DNA of 61,207 nucleotides, the filler included, from Diploschistes diacapsis (taxonomy: Eukaryota), in assembly GCA_023645945.1 (NCBI GenBank). It is 10 parts of 10 records of this genome, joined end to end, with 100 filler letters (N's around TTAATTAATTAA, not from the genome) between each part and the next. Parts side by side here need not be neighbours in the genome. Positions count along the whole stretch, not along the records: positions 18,474 to 24,512 come from JALAIB010001445.1; positions 24,613 to 30,651 come from JALAIB010001446.1; positions 30,752 to 36,785 come from JALAIB010001447.1; 7 more parts are not named here. One strand, given 5' to 3'. The position numbers and the translations under genes were made by a program. The notes below the pieces were generated by a model, which was given only the letters and a program-made list of their open reading frames with translations, was not told where the DNA came from and ran no database searches. Shown here piece by piece: positions 24,018 through 36,660 of this stretch; the first letter of the stretch is position 1, and each line of letters begins with the position of its first letter.

Positions 24018-24346
24018 GTTGCTGGAGAGCTTAAGGTAGTCAGTTTCGTGTGCGGGAGAATGGAGGACAGCCGAGGAAGTGAAGCTCAGCAAAAAATCAG
24101 TCAAATTGAGTGTCTTTCACTATATTTGAATGGCATGGTTCCCGTCGCAAGCATGGCCGGAAAGTCCATGTGTAACAAACCAACTACCTATTAAAGTAAT
24201 TGACGCTGACAGGCCATGTGAAATCCTGATTGGAACTGCATGGTTTACGGGGTGACCTTTTCATAAGCTTCTACACTACCGCCGTGTCTGAAGGTGAAAG
24301 CTGTCAGATTATGAACCCAAATAGGTTGGTTTGTCTGACTTAGCAA

Positions 24347-24512
24347 CTAGTGGGACCCGAAGATTCTAGGAGGTTCTAGACTAGTCTAGAACCTCATAAA
24401 ACATTATCAAAAATTCTATTAATGATAATCAATAATTCTATTAATAGCTAAAAATTACTAGGAAGGATTATTAAATTAAAAGACTATTGAATTATTTAAT
24501 CCAAATATATTT
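24347..24512. repeat. AT-rich RIP-like repeat remnant beginning with a perfect 26-bp palindrome
   Basis: GAGGTTCTAGACTAGTCTAGAACCTC at 24370-24395, followed by an abrupt switch to TpA-rich sequence up to the contig end. Confidence 0.5.
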
Positions 24513-24612
24513 NNNNNNNNNNNNNNNNNNNNNNNNNNNNNNNNNNNNNNNNNNNNTTAATTAATTAANNNNNNNNNNNNNNNNNNNNNNNNNNNNNNNN
24601 NNNNNNNNNNNN

Positions 24613-25234
24613 GCCCAATATTCCCCCCAATTCCATACTACCCCCTCGACAAACCCGCCCCAATTTCCGTGACCGGCCCGTTCCCCCACAGAGATACTCG
24701 CAACAGTAGACATCGGCGGCAACTCGCCGTCGTAATTTGGCGCCAACGAAGCGGTGCGCACAAATGTGGTGTTGCCCGCCTATGGTGCCGGAATCGTTGT
24801 AATACGAGCAGCTGTCAGGATCGGCCCTCTGACGGGTTGTCGCCCGGTTGTCCCGACCCCCAGCACCATACCCAATTGCGCTCGCGGAACGCAATTCCCT
24901 TGAGCCGGAGTAGCTGGGGCTGTTTCAGGAGCTTTCCATGCGGTATAAGCTCGTGCGGGACAAAACTATTGTTGCAGGAAAAGCGCTGCACATGATGAGG
25001 TATGGTTTACGATCCATCAGTGCACACCCTGCTGCGTGTGTCATGCCGGTTGATGGGCTGCAGCAAAGTTTCCGAGCTCAAGACAGAAAGTCCCCTACAG
25101 GACAACAGGTACTGTATTCGTCACCCGCGTGTGGTCCGCATGGCATATATTCCGCACTCGTTTGCTTTATTGATGCCATAGCAGCATTCATACCGAACAA
25201 GAACGCGGGAAGAAAGTAGCAACGTTATCAGCAT
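24613..25234 (-). pseudogene. frameshifted paralogue of the Cys-rich surface protein at 27172-28421
   Basis: Pieces in different frames (YMPCGPHAGDEYSTCCPVGD, CCSPSTGMTHAAGC, CTDGS*, KGIAFRERNWVWCWGSGQ, DSCSYYNDSGT, TASLAPNYDGE) are collinear with FVPCGDGDGFFACCHLGD, CYSASTSMTYIAGCTDPS, QGIALPCDEQTWICCSGPGQ, DSCNCSSNAGT and TASLPPYANGQ. Confidence 0.75.
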
Positions 25235-26239
25235 GAAGTAGAGAAGATGCATTCTCAACATCGATAGACAAGTGATTTAGTATTCTTCAACCGACAGCAG
25301 TCAAGGGCAAAGGAAAGAAGCAAGAAATGAGCAATCCGATTAATTCTAGAAACCTGGAATTTCAACCGTTACAATACAACAAGCAGTCGGAGCACTACCT
25401 TATCATCACTCACCTTTCCCCCGTCCGGGGGCCTTGAGCGCTCAGTCTAATAACATCGAGCTTCGACAAGCAAACCCTGCTGGCGCAAATGCGCGGAATC
25501 CTGCATGGTCTCGAAGCCCAATCAATCTGCGGAAGGCTTCGGCAGCGTAGACAAGTCTCGAGAAGATACACGGATCGAGCAACACGAATTGGAGCCCCCG
25601 AATAGAGATATGCAAGACATTGAGACCTTGTGGGCTGAAAAGTCTTTCTTGAGGCCTTGGCTTCAGGGCGCTCCTCCACTGGGTTGGACAATCTGATTTC
25701 CTAGACCGATCTAACGAAAACTCAGACAAGGGAGCAGCGTATCTATTATGGTGTTTGAATTACGAACGGGGATCTGTAGCTGGTCCTGAGTTGCTTGTTT
25801 CTTGCAGGATAGGTGGACGGCGATTACTCCACGATCCTCGAAAGAGACCCAGTTACTGAAATAGAAGTAGCGGAGCCATGTAAAGAACTTGAAGAATTTA
25901 CTGTTACCTATTGTAGTTTGATGTTGAAGACGAGGTGGAAGATCCAAGGTACGTGCTCTGCATAGGGGGCCCACCTCGATGTTCTTTGAATGGAAAAAGG
26001 GCAAGGTCAAAGCGCGATATGTGCTTTCCGCATCAAAATTGGAAGACCTTGTAAAATATCTTATGCGTCTGGCTAGCTGGCTGACACCTCCCAGGATCTG
26101 AGGGATCTGAGTACTACATAAGGATGAGGTCCTTCAGGAGTACTCAGCGGCAGCCATCCAACCTTGTTGCAGTATCGAGTCAAAATATCCCATCTCTACT
26201 TTGGCCAACCCTTTTCTCTGCTCGGATTATATTAATTGA

Positions 26240-26980
26240 TTATTTCATGCCATCTGCATGTGCTCGGCTCCAGCAACAGGGCAGCACCATCCAGGACCCG
26301 CACAGGGTCTTCTGATACTCGGTCACGACCCAAAGCGCCCTCCAGAACCCACTTCCACGCAGCCATTTAAACATGGATGGGTCAGCCACCATCGCGACCT
26401 TCGCCGCCGCTCCGACGACAACCTCCCACTGAGCCATGGCCCATCATCACGGACAACGCCTCCGGCACCCCACGTCCCTTCCCTCAGCGTCTCATCGCTA
26501 TCATCGTCAAGCCTGTATCCTCTCTCATCGGCCCCTGTAAGCGCCCACAGCGCTGTAGATATCAGAGTTCGAGGTGGAATATGTTCGAGCATAAAGCGAA
26601 TGCGGCGGATTTTGCGTGCACTCTCAAGACCGTCATAAATGTCACGGCAGGCTAGTCGTGTTAAAATGACAAATGCAACGGAGATTTTAGGACCGCGGAG
26701 GTGCTGTCGAAGCGGAAAACGGAGGCGTGTGACACGGAGCGTGTTGCCACGAGAAGAAAGTCGATCAAAGTTGTGATATGCCAATGATGTCGGAGACAGT
26801 AAGGCATGGTGGAAGAGAGCGAAGTCGTACCAAATGGCGGATCTGGATCCTCCAGGGACCGAGCAAGTAAATTTTGGTCGTACGTTTGAGATGCGTCAGT
26901 GTAGTGTAGCTGCTTCATGTAGGTCAAAGTAAGGTAGTTCTTGAAATTATCGTAACGTGAGAAGTCCCCAATCATACACA
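26240..26980 (-). pseudogene. possible decayed ankyrin-repeat gene
   Basis: Broken fragments SPLHLSF*HD*PAVT, EALSVMMGHGSV and RDGG*PIHV*MAAW resemble ankyrin repeats; no continuous frame. Confidence 0.3.
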
Positions 26981-27171
26981 AGAGAATGCCTCTTCGATCG
27001 CAGCAACCTGTTCGCCGAGGTAACACACTTTCCAGCTATCAACGCCAAAATACTATAGATATATACATTCCCAAAGACGGGTATCATTGTTTGTCGTTCA
27101 GCGGACAGTACCAGAGATTTGAAGACGATAAACGACCGGCTTTTTTCGCAATCAGAATCGATATACTTCCC

Positions 27172-28421
27172 TCATCTCAGAGGAGGCGAACCCCGATGAT
27201 GGGGCACATCGCCGCCGTTAAACTCTCTGCTTTCCTGCGCAGCGCTCAATTCCGAGGCCGGACCACCACTGCTGCTGCCACCACCACCACCACCACCACC
27301 ACCCTGAGGCATCAGGTTTGTAGTGTCCGGGCTCCCTTTTGCTGGCAGGCCCGATCCGGCGCCAGAATCAGTAGCGATACCCCATGAACTTGGTCCATGT
27401 CCAGTAGTACCGGCTCTACTGCTGCCGTGTGCGCCGTTTGAGACATCGCCCTGCCAAACAGCCGTCGACATGTCTTGGTGGGCCCCCGTGACACCGGAAT
27501 AAGCGTATCCTCCCCTGCTCTGTTTAGCGCGCCGCCTTCGGAGAAGGTAGAAGATGATGGCACCGATCACGGCAACAGCAGCGACTGCTAGAGGAACACC
27601 AATCTCTACACCCAAGTGGTCGTTGGATGGTGACGGAGGGGTGGGTCCAGAAGTCGGCGTTGTCGAGCCGGATGTGGATGTTTGACTTGTTATTGATTTA
27701 TTGTGGCCGTAGCCAGAGATAGATCTTAACGGCGTGGTGGTTGATGTGGCCGTAAGGCTTTGGCCTAATGTTGGGGTCGTTGTTGCGGATGTAGAGCTCG
27801 GGCTTGTTGGAGTCACTATTGACTGTACCTGCTCGGAACTGTACGTAAGGTCGAGGCCTGAGGTATCTTGGCTGATGAGAGCGATCTGGCCGTTGGCGTA
27901 TGGAGGGAGTGACGCTGTTACTGCGAGATAGGTTTGGCTTGTGATGGCAGTACCGGCATTGCTACTGCAATTGCAACTATCGGACGGTGTGACATCAGGT
28001 TCCGCGTCTTGCTGACCAGGACCGCTGCAACATATCCACGTTTGTTCATCACAGGGAAGCGCTATTCCTTGAATTTGAGGCTCTGCACAAACAACTCAGC
28101 TCTAGATCAACGAAGCATTACAAGGGTTCAGGTTTCCTTACTAGTACCGTTTGTTGTGCAATTTACAGCACCGCATGAGCCATCCGCGTACGATGGATCC
28201 GTACATCCCGCAATGTAGGTCATCGATGTAGAAGCACTGTAGCATGTCCCCTCCTGAAGACAGTAGTCACCGAGATGGCAGCATGCAAAGAAGCCGTCGC
28301 CATCACCGCAAGGTACGAATCCATCTCCTTGGAGTGCATTCTCTTCCCAATAGCATGCAGATTGGGCGCGAGCGCAACTGATGAATGAGAAAAGAAGCAG
28401 GAAGAGGTTGAGAAGGACCAT
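27172..28421 (-). CDS. single-pass cell-surface protein: signal peptide, Cys-rich domain, Ser/Thr stalk, TM helix, cytoplasmic tail (Mid2/Wsc-like architecture)
   Basis: MVLLNLFLLLFSFISCARA, CYW...CG...CC...C...C...GCTD; intron ~28083-28141/28148; S/T stalk; GVEIGVPLAVAAVAVIGAIIFYLLRRRR; tail containing ELSA. Confidence 0.85.
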
Positions 28422-29346
28422 TGTAGGCTTCCGGAGCTTTTCTAAGCAATACATGAATTACAATCGAGCGCAGGCAGATGGTGAGCGAGTGGCATGCAGG
28501 TACAAAGAAGGGAAAGAAACATTTGCTGCATACTCCCCCTTCTGCGGCAGATTTACAACGCAATACAGGGGTGGGAATAAGAGCAGACTGAACCCACCTT
28601 GTTTTATTATTCGCTTCATGCTGGGATTCAGTAGTAGAGCCCGATCCGAAGGCTTTAGAATTGAAACCTTGCTAGAGGGAATCAAAGGATCACTACAGAC
28701 AGTATGTGGTGGTACCGGGGCCGATGGCTTTTGAATAACAATCCCATTCACTAGAATCAGTAGCGCGGAGATGAATCTGCGAGGCGTGCAGGGAGGTGTG
28801 CATAGAGATACGAGATACTAGACACTAGTAGTTGTATGTTGTGGAAAGTCATGTTCCAGCATTGTCCGTGCAACGTTAAAGACTACAGACTCTGAGTACT
28901 TGTACAGCATGTGTTACTATTCACAGAGAAGAAGAAGGCAAGTCCCCGCATCATTATCCATCGTTTTCCGCGCTCACTCACGAAGGAAAACATGAGGCTC
29001 GGTCCATAACTAAGTAGGTACTACGGCCGTAGTGGCTAGATAGCTCCTTTTCATCTTGGCCAATTGCTTCGGCGCGAACGAAAAACTCAGCGTTGTAAGA
29101 CAAGGCTGGCTTGATCACCATGTCCAACTAAGCACTGCCGGGGTGTGGCTATAACGCGTCGTCGTCGAACGAGGCTCTCTGGGTTCTCTGCCACCTTCAA
29201 CGTCTCGCGGACTGGGGCTGGGGCTGGGAACGATTCAAACGTGCCTTTGGCCATAGCGAAGCAGCGCTGCTGGGTTTATGCTAAAGCCGGATTAGACCTC
29301 TGTTGCGCATAGCGTAAATAGCGTTTCCATATCGACTCAGGAAAGT

Positions 29347-30651
29347 ATGATATTTGGGCTTCGCAATCGGAGAGAAAGCACGCATTCAGCAGCTCCAGGC
29401 GGGCATCAATATCCGGCACAACATACGATGGGCTTCGAAGGAGCAGCCTTTCGAAATCCGCTGAGGTCGAAAGAGTCGAAATGGCACTTCTCGAATTCCA
29501 AGGGTGATAGAAGCAGAGCCTTTTCAAGCCCTCAGCCAGAAGGAGCACCGTCGCCGATGACAAACGTGGGAAACTGGCTCGATTCGCAATCCCTTTCACA
29601 ACTTGCGGAAGAGCCCAGCCACGATGATTCTCCCAGGCAATCCTGCAGTACAGGTCCGCTCGCGAAGGTCGACAGCCACGGTTCTGTGAGCCAATTCGGC
29701 AGCGACACTGCCAGCATTCGCACCTCGTCAAGCTCGATATCTCTTATGAACGGAGCTTCTCAGACAAAGTTCAGATCGCTGGCGGAACAAATCGCACAAG
29801 ACGATAGGGAGGAGAGGGCTAAACAGCATCTGAGGCGTATCATGGCTGCAGAGGAAGCAAGAGTTGCGCAATTCGAAATGGTCGATAATGAGAGGGAGAT
29901 TGAAATAGAAAAGATCAGCCCGCCAACGAACATTGATCAGGACCGAGCTCTGCCAAACGCTCTCCGTCTCAGCTTCGAACCACAAAAAGAAGATTGGGAC
30001 TTCCACGAGATGTTCCTGGGTATGAAGCTAAACTCAGCAGACCGTCCTCCAGACTATGATGCTTCTAATGCGTCGTACAGTATTGATAACAACTTAGGTC
30101 AGCCGCTTGATAAGCTTGGGAAGGAGTCCAGCGTGCATACCGTTACTATAGCAGGCGAAGAAAAGCAAGCCGATTTACCTTCTGAACCGCATTTATCATC
30201 ACCACCCACACAGGAGCCGGAGAAGAGTGAAAACCACCAAACGGCTTCTAGTGACATCGGAATCCCGCCTCCAATGAAACCCGAAGAAGCCTTGCAGTCA
30301 TTGGAAACCAATAAAAACCTGTTTCAGGAAGCGTCGGGAGCCCAAGATGATACCAGACAGAACGCGACAGCGGATTCACCTCCAAATACTTTAACCGCCA
30401 ATTCTCCTCCCATGCAGTCGACAAGTAGCCATGCACCTGTCGCACCAGACTCACCAACCGCGGATCCAACGCCGACGCTCCCATCCTCCTCCGACGAAGA
30501 CACGCTCTTCCAAGATCTGAACCGCCTGAGAATGAGCTCTTCCATCCGCCAAAGCATCAGCCTAAAACCTGAAAACCCGCTCGAACACCAACCCCAACCA
30601 GCACCCATCGCCCTTCAATACCCCTCCAGCAACTTCCTCGCGCCCTCCGGA
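29347..30651 (+). CDS. hypothetical low-complexity protein, 3'-truncated at contig end
   Basis: Open frame of about 435 codons from ATG 29347 to the gap; no recognisable domain. Confidence 0.65.
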
Positions 30652-33600
30652 NNNNNNNNNNNNNNNNNNNNNNNNNNNNNNNNNNNNNNNNNNNNTTAAT
30701 TAATTAANNNNNNNNNNNNNNNNNNNNNNNNNNNNNNNNNNNNNNNNNNNNGGGGGGGGGGGGTTACTTCGTAGTTCAGTTTCGCATGGGGGGAATTGCT
30801 TCCATTGCTTGGGGGGGAGTCAAAAGCAGGTTTACTAGCCAGATACAAACACACACCACACGCTGGGACCAAGTCAAAGAGGCAGTTGGAAAAATTACCC
30901 GTAAGGATGTAGTAGTACTGTCCCACTTCGGTTTTGCTCTTCGAATGTTACGCTACTAAAACTGTGTCTCTGTCGTGTATTTTTTTCTTTCTCTCCGACT
31001 GAGAAATCTTTTTCGAGGCACGGGCTCGCGGAACGAAACTTGGAAACATTTCTTTTTACGGAGTTCTGTTTTTGTTTTCGTACGGGAATAAAAAAGATGG
31101 GATGGACGCTAGTCCACTTTGGGACAGCAACGTTCGCAAACCAATATGTCAAGGTCTTCGCTTTTCATATACCACGTTTTGCTCGCTCGGCGACGAAATG
31201 ACGGGGGAAGAAAAAATTGGGCAATTCATCTGTAGGCTAGATACTAAAATAAGGATTCCTCCAAACCTATTCTTCCGAGAGTCATCATCATAGTTGTTAT
31301 TGCGTCTGCAGCAAAAGAGCGAAAAGGGATCTGGCGGTTTATGTTTGCTCGTCCCACCAAAGTGGATTAGCGTCCGTTCCGTTTTGGTGGCCCGCATTAC
31401 TGTACTTATCAACAGTACTCTGTATGCTACCCGTAAACATCTATTGCAAATTACTTGAATCGGTCCCCCTGAGACAGGTAGGCCGGTTGTTCCAAGTTTT
31501 TGTCAAACATTTTGAACGGAGAGTCAGAGCTGCTGCAGCAATAGCAGCGCCGATCTCGGGTCGCTTTGCCAGTTGGTGCATTGCAGTTTGTTAAGGAAAT
31601 TGGTTCGGCAGAGGGGGACATCCGCAGCCCCAGTTCTCTTTTCTCCGGAACGTTATTATTTGTATAGTTGGTGCAAAGTAACGAAAGTATGACTAGTTGC
31701 AGCGGCGAGTGCATTGGCAGGCTGATGGGATTCGCTCGCAACAACAACCGCTACTGAGGTGAAGAGCGGTGGCGTGGCGGAGATGGGGAGCGTGCGTTTG
31801 ATCTGTGCTGGAACGCCGCTGATGGTTGTTGCTTGTTTTGGGTTACTGGATGGGTACGGCAATGTCACTACTTTACTCACCGAGGTCTAACCCCTGGGAA
31901 AAATGAAAGGAGGTGGTAGAGACGATGACATAATAGGCAGGGATCGGCTACCTAGATTCCCAGAGCGGACTGACCGGTCAGGGATTGCGGCCGGATTGGA
32001 GAGCTCAAGTTTTTTGACAGCAGGTGACTGCATACCTAGCGCTCGCGGACCGCTGCCCTTTTGGCGGGCTTCTGAGGCTGGTAACCGTCTTCCTAAAGCG
32101 GTTGCGGTCTTGTAGGTGTTGGGAGGGGGGTGCGCCACAGTAACCGCTTGATAGGCGTGGAGTGGGGGATTTTTGTGCTGGCAGGGCCGGCGATCTGTGG
32201 CAGTTTCTCTCTACTCTTGCAGGGGGCTAGGATTGGCAGAAGGTGCTCCGTACAGGAATGGAGCGCTAGAAGTTTTTTGTAGTTGAAGCAAAGCAGTCCG
32301 GGGATTTTCTGGCAAGCCCTCGATGAACAAGAGGAAAAATGCTACAAGGAATTTGTTTTCTCCGTTTGTATGGAGAGCGTGTGGATTCGGTGAGGCGTAT
32401 TTAGATATGGGACGAAGATGTGGCTTTGCATACCGAGACCTGCGATTTTCACGTTATGTATTGTTACAGCAAACGAGAAGCCAATCAGGGAGTGTTTTAT
32501 CTTCTCGATGATGATGTACAAAGGACATGTACTCACCGCAGCAGATCTTCCTTGGCACATCAAGTTCGTGCAAAACGTCATATACATGGGCTGCATGCAA
32601 CAAGCTGAAGATATTACGTTATCAGTCTATGAGTCTATGACTAGTATATGATATATGATGGGGGGGGGGGGCTGAGGCTCGTGCCTTATATATATAAGTT
32701 ATACCTAGGCGGCCCTTTGGTGACCCCCCCCCTGGTGGCCCCTGGTGAGGGAGTCCCCAGTATGTGGTTACTGTCTCGTCTCTCTCTCTCGTGGCTCTCG
32801 TGGCTTCACCTCACTGATCAGCCTCGATTGTGGCTAGTGGTGTATTGCCACCACCCAAGCCTTTTGCTAAGCATCAGCCCCTTCACTCCCTTCCCTTCTT
32901 CCCCTTCTTCCCTTCTTCCCTACTTCCCTACTTCCCTTCCCCTTCTTCGCCTTCCCTTCCAGCTTTCTTGTCAGCCTGTCAGTCACTACTACTAGCCCCC
33001 ATCTCTCTCGCCTTGGCCCCCTTTAAAAAGGACCAGCCCGCCCAAGCCACTTTTGAGCCACCTTCCTTCGCCACTCACACCTCTTTCACTCCTCTTGCTT
33101 GCACTTTCTCTCGCACTCTCCTCGGCTTCTCTCCGGAAAAGAAAGTCTACCGGTTGAGAGAGAGAGAGAAAGGAAGAAGGTGCCGTCACGTCGGACCTCG
33201 TAAACCTTTCCAGTCACCCTAAAAGAACCAAATTGTCCCAGCAAGATCCTAGGAAACAGGGCTAACTGGCCTGTCACCCACCCTCTGCCTGCTGTACCCT
33301 AACTTGTCAGTACGATTGGGGCTGCACTGACTAAGGGTACTTACTGTACTGCACTCGCCTCATACTTTTCTCCTGCGCAGGCCCGCCGACCCATTCTCGA
33401 AATTCTTGTGCTGCTTCATCCTTCCACCCCATCATCCTAAGCACTCACAACTTCTAATTCCCCATCTATCGTTGCTTGCAGTATCCCCCGTATCGCGCAA
33501 TTTACTACGATCTTATGTTTTCCAAGCCTCCATACACAGCACCTCCTTTTCACGAAAGTTTGGCTGCTGCGTTATCCCGGAGCCGAGCCCAGAATCTACG

Positions 33601-34078
33601 CTTACTATAGGACATGATCGGTCCGATTACGACTCCACTGCATCTGTCGACCGTCTTAACGAACCGTCTGTCTCACAGTACTTATCACCAGCGCCCGAGG
33701 GCTATAGTCTAGTTACGCCTGATAGATCCGAGGTGAGTTACGCGCGGCTTTTGTATTTGGTGAATTGTTGGTATCCCCCCCCCACACGGTGGAATCAGAA
33801 AGCAAACATCGCCAGAACAGGTGTCCCACAAAAAAGTTGAATGTTTGCGCCGAAGCAGTGTATATGATGGCTGTTCAACTCGGCATAATTTCATAGCCTG
33901 GAGTGGTCATCCTCGCAGCATGTCACTCTTCCCTTCGACACCGTGCCACCGCGCGTCCTTTTAATTAAACTGTGTGGCTGATCGGTTTTCCAGACCCATA
34001 GTCGACGGCCCCAGATCGCCATCACCATCCGACCGCAACAGGCACCCATCTCGGCCCTGACCATTGCGCTCCAGCTTC

Positions 34079-36019
34079 ATGGCTGTGAGCACGTCAACAG
34101 CATCGCCGTCTCTGTCTTCCGTACCTACCGTCAGCGACTCTCTGGCGGATCAATTGCTTGCCGCCTCAACTGCATCACCCGTGGCAGAGGGCCAGTTCCT
34201 TAGGCCTTCGAGTCCACTCAAGCGGCGCAGAGCTGCAGACGGCGCAAAGAATACCGTCACGAATCAGGAACTGTTGAAGTCACCTTCGCCCATTGGTACG
34301 AGGCAGCCAACTGGCGCCGGCGAAATGGCGGAGCAGAAGAGAAGGAGGCTGGACAAACCAAAGCAGCATTCCCAGCAAACGAGCCAAAACCCGCAGGCCG
34401 AAGCTTTGAACGCGCTCACGGCGTCTCCAAAAACCTCCACAAGCAAACCCGGCGATGCACCCGCTCTAGCGGCCATCTGCCTGAACGAGCCTGTCGCTGC
34501 GCTTGCCCCACAGATCTCCATTTCGGGTCGGAAATCCGGCGGCACAAGTGCCTTGGCGAGTCCCGTAAGCGCCGCCAGCATAGGCGCCACAGACAATGCG
34601 GGCGCACCCAGCATATCGACAGCGGCGCAAGAAGTCGCGAGCCCAGGTCAGATGGGGGACGATGACGGACAGGACGATGCGCCAGGGGATGCGGACAACG
34701 CTTTGACCGTGGACCAAGCAACATCAAACAAGGCCTTCAGCTACCCGGGTCCCTTGCACTTGGCCCAGATGGATGCGAAACGGGGCATGAGCCTTCCCGG
34801 CTCCAGCCTGCGAGACGTTTCCAGATCCCCGTCGACTTCGAACAAGAAACACAAATGTCCGTACTGCTTGACAGAGTTTACGCGGCATCACAACTTGAAG
34901 AGTCACCTTCTTACGCACAGCCACGAGAAGCCATACCTCTGCCAGCAATGCGATTCCCGCTTCCGACGCCTGCACGATCTCAAGCGCCATACCAAGCTGC
35001 ATACCGGGGAGCGACCGCACGTATGCCCGAAATGCAATCGCAGCTTTGCCCGAGGCGATGCGCTGGCGAGACACAACAAAGGGCAGAGCGGCTGCGCCGG
35101 GAGAAGATCCAGCATCGGTAGCTACGGGGGCGATGGTACACCTGGCGAGGAGCTGGAAGGCATGGTCTATGCCAACGAGGCCTCGGACGAGCCGGAGAAC
35201 ATGGTCGAGGACGAAGCCGCGGGAACTTCTGTTCCTTCAATTCGCCACTACGATGCGGCCTTGGCGCCCACGAAAGCTGAGACGCAACCTGTGCAGAATC
35301 GGCAGCCATCCACGTACCCGCCTCCAGCTGCTCGAGCGTATATGGGAAGCGGGCTGCGCCCTCCAGCGCCTTCGCACGGCGGCTCAAGCGGCGGTCCCAG
35401 TCCTGCTGGCTCTGGCTCATCGCATCAAGGTTTTCAACAACAGGGGACATCATATCCTCCGGCCAACATACTCGGCGGACCTCCACCCATGACCGAATCC
35501 CCAAAGCCTCTGTCGCCGGGCCAGCATCAGCCTCTGTCGGCGGGCGATCCTCACAACAGGTCGCCTTCGCTCTCGAGCGCGCTAGGTCAGAATTACGGAC
35601 GCCGTACGCATCAGCGCGCTACGCCACCACCCTTGCCTCCTCCGCCGACGCATTCGGGCGGTCCGCATCTGCCCAGCCTGCCGGGCCTGGCGCCGCCAGA
35701 TCCGCGCTACACGCTGCACAGCCAACCAGGCGGCGGGGGATCGCTCCCTCAGCCCACCGGAGGAAGCTATCCCGGCCAGGGCGTAAGGACCAGCAGCAAC
35801 AGCCTGAGCAGTCACGGCTCGCATCCGCACAGCAGCGGGGATCGCGCTACGCTCCCCTTTGGCACCGAAGATAGGGTCTTTGCGCTCGTCAAGAGTTTGG
35901 AGTCCAAGGTCGAAAGACTCGAAGAGGAGGTGAGATTTTTGAGGGGACAGTTGCAGCAACAGCAGCAGCAGCAGGCGCCGCAAGGGGCGGTACAGGCTCC
36001 GGTCCCACCACCGAGATGA
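34079..36019 (+). CDS. C2H2 zinc-finger transcription factor (three fingers)
   Basis: HKCPYCLTEFTRHHNLKSHLLTH-SHEKP-YLCQQCDSRFRRLHDLKRHTKLH-TGERP-HVCPKCNRSFARGDALARH and a C-terminal coiled coil. First ATG after the in-frame TGA at 34058. Confidence 0.92.
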   Translation: MAVSTSTASPSLSSVPTVSDSLADQLLAASTASPVAEGQFLRPSSPLKRRRAADGAKNTVTNQELLKSPSPIGTRQPTGAGEMAEQKRRRLDKPKQHSQQTSQNPQAEALNALTASPKTSTSKPGDAPALAAICLNEPVAALAPQISISGRKSGGTSALASPVSAASIGATDNAGAPSISTAAQEVASPGQMGDDDGQDDAPGDADNALTVDQATSNKAFSYPGPLHLAQMDAKRGMSLPGSSLRDVSRSPSTSNKKHKCPYCLTEFTRHHNLKSHLLTHSHEKPYLCQQCDSRFRRLHDLKRHTKLHTGERPHVCPKCNRSFARGDALARHNKGQSGCAGRRSSIGSYGGDGTPGEELEGMVYANEASDEPENMVEDEAAGTSVPSIRHYDAALAPTKAETQPVQNRQPSTYPPPAARAYMGSGLRPPAPSHGGSSGGPSPAGSGSSHQGFQQQGTSYPPANILGGPPPMTESPKPLSPGQHQPLSAGDPHNRSPSLSSALGQNYGRRTHQRATPPPLPPPPTHSGGPHLPSLPGLAPPDPRYTLHSQPGGGGSLPQPTGGSYPGQGVRTSSNSLSSHGSHPHSSGDRATLPFGTEDRVFALVKSLESKVERLEEEVRFLRGQLQQQQQQQAPQGAVQAPVPPPR

Positions 36020-36605
36020 AGGTGCACGTGAGGTTGGTTACGTATAACATTCACCCGCTTGCCGGCCCAGCTCTTCTTTTGCTGAATCGGAGGCACTCGA
36101 TCGGCAAGTTTTTTTTAGTGTTTTTTTTACGATTCTTGCCATGTACACAACACACGTTCTCTATACTCGCGGGACTGCGATTTCATGATGAAAGATGTCA
36201 ACAGGCAGGCATGTTCCTCGGCGCTCATTCTTTGCGAAGCGCCAATGGCAATGGCGATCGAGGCGAAGACTACACATACAGCAATCTTTTGGACGAAGCC
36301 ACCGCGACATTTCCGTTACGTCAAACGTGGCGGCCGACGCCTCCATCCAAAGAGTGGTGGGCATTCTGCCCCTACGATCTCGCGATTGGCTTGCACTCGA
36401 TTGCGGAATTGAATGGGAAGGAGGAGCACACATCGTCTTGGATGGGTGTTCGACCGCCCAACGCTCGAAAAAGCAAGCATGCTTGCGCCGGGCACTCTCC
36501 CATGAGATGGATCTGCAGAAGTAGGAATTCAAAAGCACCGGGAGACATTTTCGATGGTCGATGCAGAGTACGTGAGCGAGAACGAGGATGAGGACGAGAA
36601 AAACC

Positions 36606-36660
36606 AAGAAGAAGAAGAAGAAGAAGAAGAGGAGGAGGAGGAGGAGGAGGAGGAGGAGAA
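36606..36660. repeat. compound (GAA)n(GAG)n microsatellite
   Basis: Seen directly. Confidence 0.9.

Noticed and set aside
34079..36019. Naming the C2H2 factor crzA/prz1
   Set aside because: Only the third finger is similar; the first two fingers and overall layout do not justify the symbol.
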